A stretch of 64,000 nt of DNA from Eledone cirrhosa (lineage: Eukaryota), in NCBI GenBank assembly GCA_964016885.1, contig OZ024741.1:402938001-403002000 (forward strand), read 5' to 3'. A program made the translations under genes and the position numbers. This document shows positions 62,023 through 64,000 of the stretch, in pieces. The notes under the pieces are model-generated. The model saw only the letters and a list, made by a program, of their open reading frames with translations. It was not told the origin of the DNA and made no database searches. Position 1 is the first letter of the stretch, and each line of letters starts with the position of its first letter.

Positions 62023-64000
62023 ACCGGCGGTCAAATAACACACGATGGGAGAGAAAAAATCCTCAACGCTCACATGATGATGTGGACTGACATCCTAAAG
62101 CCAAGCAGACGCACTGCCAACAACTTCCAGGCGTCTAACAATGGCATACCACCCTTGTATGGGCTCCGCAAAGACCACAAGACAGTCGACGACCCGACAA
62201 CAGGACCACCAACAAGACCCGTATGCGGAGCTAATATAGCTAGCAACTACAGGATCTCCTACTTCCTCTCAATGGTTATACGCCCCATAATCAAGATGTC
62301 CCCAGATGTATGTGAAAGTACTGAGGACCTCCTCAGCAGAATCAGTGAGTGCAACAAAAACAGGAGCCTATCCAACTGCATAATAGGCAGCATGGATGTG
62401 GTGTCACTGTACCCATCCATTAACATTGATTTTGCTGTGAAAAGATGTGTGGAGATGATCATTGAGAGTGAGGTGGAGTTCTGCGACGTCGACACAGACG
62501 AACTGGGCCTCCTACTTAGACTTACCTACGACACTGACTACCTAGACAGCCATGACCTTAGATGTTTCTGCCCTAGTAGACCTATAAGAGGTAGACCCCC
62601 CACCATAACCTCAATGGCTAAAAAGACTCCCATAGGAAGGTGGATTGGGTGGACCAAAGCCATACGGACCCCCCAAAACACTGATCAGGTAAGAAAAATG
62701 GTCGCACATGCAATAGGGGCTAGTATCAAAACTACCCTAAAGGGCCACATATTTAAGTTCAATGAGAAAATCTACACCCAAAATGAGGGAGCAGCCATCG
62801 GCGTCAGCATAGCTGGTGATGTTGCCAACCTTTTCATGGTATGGTGGGAAAGGAGACTTAAAGATCTCCTTAATGAAAGCTCCATAGACCTCATCATGTA
62901 CTCTCGTTATGTAGATGATATCAATATAGTTATAAGAACACCCCCACTAGAGAGCACTAACAAGTTCGATTTAGAACGTAGCACGATGGAAAGCATCCAG
63001 CAGATAGCTAATTCCATACACCAGAGTATAACTGTAACTATAGACTTCCCTTCCAAACACCCTAACAATAGACTACCTGTATTAGACACAGAACTCTGGA
63101 TTAACACTATAGACGAGAGAGCCCAAATTCTCCACTCACACTATGCTAAACCCATGGCCTCCAAATACCTGATACTCAAAAACTCAGCAATGTCCAGTAG
63201 TGCTAAGTTTAATATTCTGATCGCAGATTTGGTACGGGTGATGAAGAATGTGTCCAGCATGTGCGACCCAACAGAAATGGAAGGACACATCCAACACTTC
63301 ATCAACCGCATGCAGTTCTCTGGCTACAACCAAAGAGACAGAGTCAGAGTATACGAAGGAGCCATGGAAAAGTATAAGACCCTCATAGAACTGGACATGA
63401 AAGGAATCTGCCCACTATACAGGAGCAAATCATGGAATAGCTTAGATAGGGCTAGACATAAGATAGGGAAGGCCACATCATGGTACGACAACCAGAGATA
63501 TCAGAGTGTCATGTTTGTGGACGCCACCCCTGGAGGGAAATTAGCTAACCAGTGTAGAAAGGCCCTGAGAAAGACCCACTTAAAAATAAAGGTGGTAGAA
63601 AAGCCAGGAACCACCATAAAATCCCTGATCAGCAAAACCTACCCTTTAAGAAAACCCACTGTACCAATAGGAAGTGTATCATATGTAAGGTGAACCCCCG
63701 GATAAACTGTAAAACTAGAAACGTAGTCTATAGCATAAGATGTACAGAGGGTACTTGCAGAAACATGACAACAACATACATAGGTGAGACAGCTCGTAGC
63801 ATAGGTGAAAGGATAGACCAACACTGGGGGGAACTAAAAGGACGAAAAAACGGGTCAGTACTATACGAACATGCTAGACAACAACATGACGGTAACATAG
63901 ACAACATAGAAATTAGAATAATATCTAAACATAGGAATGACCCAGCAGATAGGCAAATCAGAGAGGCCAGTGAAATAGAAATTAGAAGACCAAAGCTAAA
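62023..64000 (+). mobile_element. 5'-truncated Penelope-like retroelement: reverse transcriptase plus C-terminal GIY-YIG endonuclease (continues past window edge)
   Basis: ORF 62074-63693 has PPLYGLRKDHK, PTRPVC, GSMDVVSLYPSI, QNEGAAIG and YSRYVDD. The -1 frame from 63642 reads PFKKTHCTNRKCIICKVNPRINCKTRNVVYSIRC...YIGETARSIGERIDQH...LYEHARQQH...RQIREASEI (VVY-YIG nuclease with Cys linker). Confidence 0.93.

Overview
Repeat-saturated, AT-rich animal genomic DNA. The SINE, MITE, RTE and (AT)n/(GAT)n content resembles octopus/cephalopod genomes; this is an inference from recalled repeat families, not verified. About 40 kb is four tandem arrays: a 31-bp satellite (1-21068) with nested higher-order duplications, (GGTCT)n (26300-28515), a 52-bp satellite (31260-40040) and a 40-44-bp satellite (47845-55922). 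The last appears to have grown from the right end of an adjacent TTAA-type MITE. Between the arrays lie tRNA-derived SINEs, RTE/CR1/CRE LINE fragments, two decayed Tc1/mariner transposases, several MITEs, many fold-back stubs carrying hammerhead-ribozyme motifs, and a 5'-truncated Penelope-like element (RT plus GIY-YIG in the -1 frame) running off the right edge. Nearly all long ORFs in the supplied track are repeat artefacts. Three small phase-compatible + strand exon candidates (21963-22129, 31151-31206, 56021-56122) would encode the C-terminus of a tail-anchored membrane protein, which would make the arrays intronic.
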